64,000 bases of DNA, from NCBI GenBank assembly GCA_965112155.1, contig OZ218106.1; one strand, written 5' to 3'. A model generated the notes under the pieces. It saw only the letters and a list, made by a program, of their open reading frames with translations. It did not search any database and had not been told where the DNA came from. The translations under genes were made by a program, and so were the position numbers. This document shows, one piece after another, positions 59,346-64,000 of the stretch (the stretch's first letter is position 1; the number at the start of each line of letters is the position of its first letter). This DNA comes from Podarcis liolepis (taxonomy: Eukaryota).

Positions 59346-62264
59346 TAGAGAGCCACAGGTTCTTGACTTTAAAACTCCTATAAACCATGTTAGATTTTAT
59401 TATAAACAACAAGTGCCCCTGCAAATACACACACAGACACAAATTCTCAGGTCAATATTTCCAACGTAACTCTTAATCTACAGCTTTTAGCATCTATTCA
59501 GTTGTTAAGATCTGCAGAAGAGCCTCTTCTCTGGGTGCCCCCACCTTCAAAAGTGAGGCATGTAGGAACTGGACATACCTCATTTATTAAGCAAGGGAGG
59601 TCCCTACTTTGGTTTTCATATGGTCTCCAAATGAAAGTATAGTATTATGCTTTTTTTTCAATGATCTTAATAATCTTTCTTGTTTAGATTTACTGTTCCG
59701 GTCGCTCTGTGATCAAATTACAGTTTTTAGCTGATTATACCAGTTTTTATTTGCCATTGTGGATTTTTGGTATTTTTTTAATATTATGGTAACAATACTT
59801 TTTTTTGGAGGGGAGGGTTGGGGTTGTCTTGTGGATTTTTAAATTGTGAGAATTGATTTGGGAACTGTGAAGTTCAAAAGTGGCATATCAATCAATAATT
59901 AGAAAAGAAAGGGTTGGTATAGGACAGTTGGAGCACATGTGTACAAGACGTCTGTAGTTTTATTTCCTTATGACAAAGAGCCATAATATTTATCTTCGAT
60001 AGATTGTTAGTTAACTTTAACATCCATGGCACATGCTTATTTAAAATGCCATAGTTATGACTAAAACTAAAACCCACTGAATGCTCTGACAAATGTTTTT
60101 TTAAAACTAATAGCAGGACCTTTGTACTGTCAACAGTTGTGTTGCAAAGCGTAGCCACTCTGCCTGCATTTGCCATTGAGCTCTACTCTGCAAATAATCT
60201 GAAGAAAGTAGAAGTGCCAAAGTCTAAAATACATAGTAACTAATTGATGTTTGGGATTAACAAAATACATTTCTGTCCATTACAGTTAAGTCTGAGTGGG
60301 GATAAAAGTTCAGTCTGCAAAATCCTTTTAAATATCTCAATTAAAGACATATGAATCTTCGAGTAAATGGCAATATCAATGCATGCATTTTTCTTTTACT
60401 ATATTAATGGAAGCAAATTATTAATGCTCCATGAACATTTTAATGTGAATTAAAAGAAAAAAGGAAGCGCAAACAATTAGCAAAGGCATATGGGCTGCTT
60501 ATCAGTCATTAGCAAAATGAAATAAGATAACCCTAATTCTCAAGGCAAATGTAGCATGAAAGAAACAAAAGCATCTCCGGTGCATTAGACTAACTTAAGA
60601 AGGATGCACGTTAAACACATTTAAATTAAGTGTTGCTCTAGAATTCTGAACTGGTTGCTTTTTCTCTGCCTTTGTGTGCCCATCCTCCATATACAATGGA
60701 ATTCTACAAAACTGTCTGCTTATATTAAATAGAATGTACCATGGCAGGCTCTAAAGTTTTGTTGTCATCTGCACATACCCCATACACATTACACACAGAC
60801 AAGCATTGAAAACTGGGCTTGTGACTAAATTTTGTTTCTGGACAAAATTCACTAACACTGTTCAGCTCAACAAATTGGGACCACAAATCACAGCTCAAGG
60901 TTGGTTTGTGAATCTCGGGGTACTTTCGTTGCAGTTTGCTATTAGACAAACTTGATAATAGCATCAATTATAAAAACTCAACTATTATAAAAAAAAAACC
61001 TTTGTGAGTGGCAGGATGCCACATAGTGTCACATGAGTCCAACAGATGCCCAGTTCTGACAACCTCTGATGCTAGACTTGGGTCAGAACCATGTTTGTAG
61101 CAGAGGGATCTGCAATTTCTACACTATTCAGCAGGCAAGCCAATTTCAAACTGAAAACGGTTAGCCTATTAAAGCTGCGTGGAATACTGCAATAGATACT
61201 GCAAAGTTTCCTTGGGTACCCATATGCATACATTTATAGAACTGCACCCTTTCACTGTGTGACACCATACTAAATATTATCCTGTTACAAAAATAGTTCA
61301 TTTTTAGCAGATACTGGAATCTGTAGAAACATAATAGACATAAACATAATTCAAGGAAGCACTACAGGTTTCACAAGAATGCAAACAAAAATTGTAAAAC
61401 AAAATCCTTTATTAAGAGGTAGGCAAGACACCGATTTCAGCATTCTGTTTCCCTCTATCATTATTCCATGTGAAAATTATCATAATTAGGAATTCAGATC
61501 TTCAATTCTGTTAATACAAAATATTTCAGTGCAATACTACATTACGACTGTGCTTACTAATTGTTGTTCCAACTATATGTGTGGGGAAAGGTGCTTCCCC
61601 CTCAAAAGTTGAAGGAAAATTTGAGAACCCCTTTATTTTGCAGCTGAAATAAAGCAGCTATATTTCTATCTGATCTCCTAATGTTCTTAAATGAATTTAG
61701 CAGTTCCATTTGGAGACACAGTAATGGAAATCACCTATGTTAAAAAACAAAATTAACTTAAGTTTATTGTGCCAACTTGAGTACTTTTACACATTAAAAC
61801 TGGAATTTCTCCAACTCTGTGTGGTTTTTCACTTGTATTGCTTATATTTAATTGTATTGCATCTCATTATATCAGTGTTTTTATCCCATTCTCTTCAGCA
61901 TCGGAAATAGCAGTGTGTGCACATTATGCACACAAAGCTATTTCTGGGAAGCCAAATCGGCATTCTCATGAAGCCAGGGGAAAGCCACAATACAGTAGCA
62001 GACAATTATTTCCATCTATAAGGTCTGGAGTTTAGCTGGCTTGCCCCGTTCACAGCATTTCAAGCTTCATGGCTGTGGAAAACTTGACATCCCAGTTAGT
62101 TATTGATAAACAAAACTAAGCTAGCTAGATAAATATAATGCAGTTATTTACATAAAATGGGACAGTTATGTTGCAAGAATGTACAAAGTCCCAAACAGTC
62201 TTGGAAGTTTGATTGGGAATTTCTACCGCAGGAAGGTTGTGGGGGTTTTTTAATTAAAAAATGT

Positions 62265-62450
62265 AATTTATGTATTGCATTTATATCCCACCCTTTTCTC
62301 CAAGGCGCTCTAGGTGGCATACATGGTTCTCCCCCTCCCCATTTAATCCCCCCAACAATCACCCTGTGAAGTAGGTTAGGCTGAGAGGTAGTAGCTGGCC
62401 CAAGGTCACCCAGTGTGCTTCATAGCCAAGTGGGGATTTAAATCCTTCTC
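62265..62450 (-). mobile_element. Squam3-like tRNA-derived SINE
   Basis: Reverse complement reads ...aaatccccacttggctatgaagcacactgggtgaccttgggccag...ctcagcctaacctacttcacagggtgattgttg...gggtgggatataaatgcaata. Confidence 0.75.
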
Positions 62451-63636
62451 CTCTAAGCTCCACCCATTCCAATTCTTTCTGCGGTCTCCCAAGCCAATTT
62501 CCATACCCTTCCAGAGGACCCCTAAAAACCTCCAAAACAGATTTTGGGACGGTACAGATTGCTTTGGGTATTTGCAAAAATCACCTCCCCACCCCCTTCC
62601 CTCTGGCAAGAGTGACTTGTCCAAATAAGGCTTGCTTTTATAAATTATTTAAGATCAGGTCTTTTTAACTTCAGCATCACCAGCAATGACAAAACTGAAC
62701 TCACGTTACAAATTACTTAATGATGGATACAAATCAGATGACTAAGGGGTGTGCTGGTACTATAGAGCCGTTCCTAATAAAGGCCTATGTTTTATTCATC
62801 TAGTTTTTACCAGTTTAATACTGAAGGCATTATCTGTGATTAAGAGAATGCTGAACAATGTCAGGTTCCACTGTCCACTACATAAGACAAAGAGTTGCAA
62901 GTAAATATATTTCCATGGCCAGCAATGAAACAGAGCCTAGAATGCATTCATGTTACTCACTTCCTGGATTGCAGCCATCAAAATTATTTTGGAATGGTCT
63001 TATTTGGTCATTGTTTTTAGGGCTAATCAGAAATCACATTCTCATTCTTTGCATAACGAAGGCTGAAAAGCACTCAAAATTATAGGTGGTATTCTCTGCT
63101 TGTCTCTACTCAGAGTAGAAACATTGATGTTAATGGACATGTTTAACTTGAGTTCATTCGTTTCAAAGTATCTACTCTGAGTGAGAGAAGCATTGAATAC
63201 AACCCTCCAAATAATGGATGGTTTTGGAAATACATCAAAAATAATAATAATGTTGTTTGTTGTTTAAAAAAAAATATATTCAGAAGGGAAATGGATTTGG
63301 CAGCAGAAGAAAACCACACAAGATTTTGTAATAGTAAATATATTTCTAATGGGCCAAAATGCCTCTCTACGCATCTTACAGCTTGTGCAATTAGGAGGGA
63401 AAAAGCACACTGAACTGCACTCAATTCTATTTATAACACACTCTCTAGGCATGTTCAGCTATTTCTTCTGGACAAAACCAGGAGCCTTCTACCACAAATG
63501 GCAAATTAGGGCTCCTTCTTCCAGAAATATTTTGCAACAAACTACCTAAAATAAGTTGTATGAATTAAAGTTGGAAACTGCAGCTGAAATCACATCTCAT
63601 TTATATTAAAATTTAATTAAGGTTTTAAAATACAAG

Positions 63637-63642
63637 TTTATT
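63637..63642 (-). terminator. MGARP: Candidate MGARP polyadenylation signal AATAAA
   Basis: tttatt on the + strand, about 85 nt after the stop codon. Confidence 0.6.
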
Positions 63643-63726
63643 CCGTGTGGAATACTATGTTAACGCGAGCAAAGCAGTGCTTCCTGTGATACAAGGTAAA
63701 ATGCCTACAGATTTCCATTTGTAATG

Positions 63727-64000
63727 TTAACCTTGCGTTTGGGCTGCCTCTGAGCTGGAAGGAGCATCTTGCTCTTCTTGCACACCAGAGGATGCCTCTT
63801 CAACAGGCGATTCGTCTTCTCTCTGTGCTTCTGCTGATTCTGTGTGCTTTTCATTTTGCACTTCGGATTCACCAGTAGTTACTGCTGCAGTCTCTTCTTC
63901 AACTGCATCCTTTACTTCTTCACTTGCATCAGTAGTTTCGTTTGCTTCTGTTTCATCGTTTTCTAAGGCTTCATTTAACATAACAGAGAAATCATGAAGC
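63727..64000 (-). CDS. MGARP: MGARP (mitochondria-localized glutamic acid-rich protein) last coding exon, truncated by the window edge
   Basis: Glu/Ala/Ser-rich frame open to the window edge and ending ...SSEAAQTQG*, similar to the MGARP C-terminus. Position and strand match NOCT-ELF2-MGARP synteny. Confidence 0.82.
   Translation of the reverse strand, partial: LHDFSVMLNEALENDETEANETTDASEEVKDAVEEETAAVTTGESEVQNEKHTESAEAQREDESPVEEASSGVQEEQDAPSSSEAAQTQG

Overview
Vertebrate genomic DNA, most likely a squamate (lacertid-like lizard, judged from Sauria/Squam-type SINEs and lizard-type MITEs), covering the conserved NOCT-ELF2-MGARP block. (+) NOCT (nocturnin/CCRN4L, EEP-family NADP(H) 2'-phosphatase): coding exons 2 and 3 are at 3555-3824 and 4763-5598; exon 1 is upstream of the window. 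(-) ELF2 (ETS factor, NERF) is essentially complete, with two CpG-island promoters: distal ELF2A (non-coding exon 1 ending 48033, ATG 33984, 592 aa) and internal ELF2B (ATG 25297, 531 aa), sharing six downstream exons to the stop at 10297. (-) The last coding exon of MGARP lies at 63727-64000. Introns and intergenic DNA carry TA-flanked Tc1/mariner-type MITEs, hAT MITEs, CR1/L2/RTE LINE remnants, tRNA- and 5S-derived SINEs, a probable solo LTR and microsatellites. No prokaryotic-type system or new gene family is evident. The best lead is that back-splicing the first two ELF2A coding exons would give a 398-nt circle whose ORF runs exactly once round and stops at a TGA overlapping its own ATG (133 aa). 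Other leads: overlapping uORFs on both ELF2 start codons, a D-box-rich NOCT intron with a candidate internal promoter, and canonical NF-kB sites in ELF2 intron 1, one carried by a 90-bp MITE. All coordinates were read by eye; family names come from recognition, not database searches.
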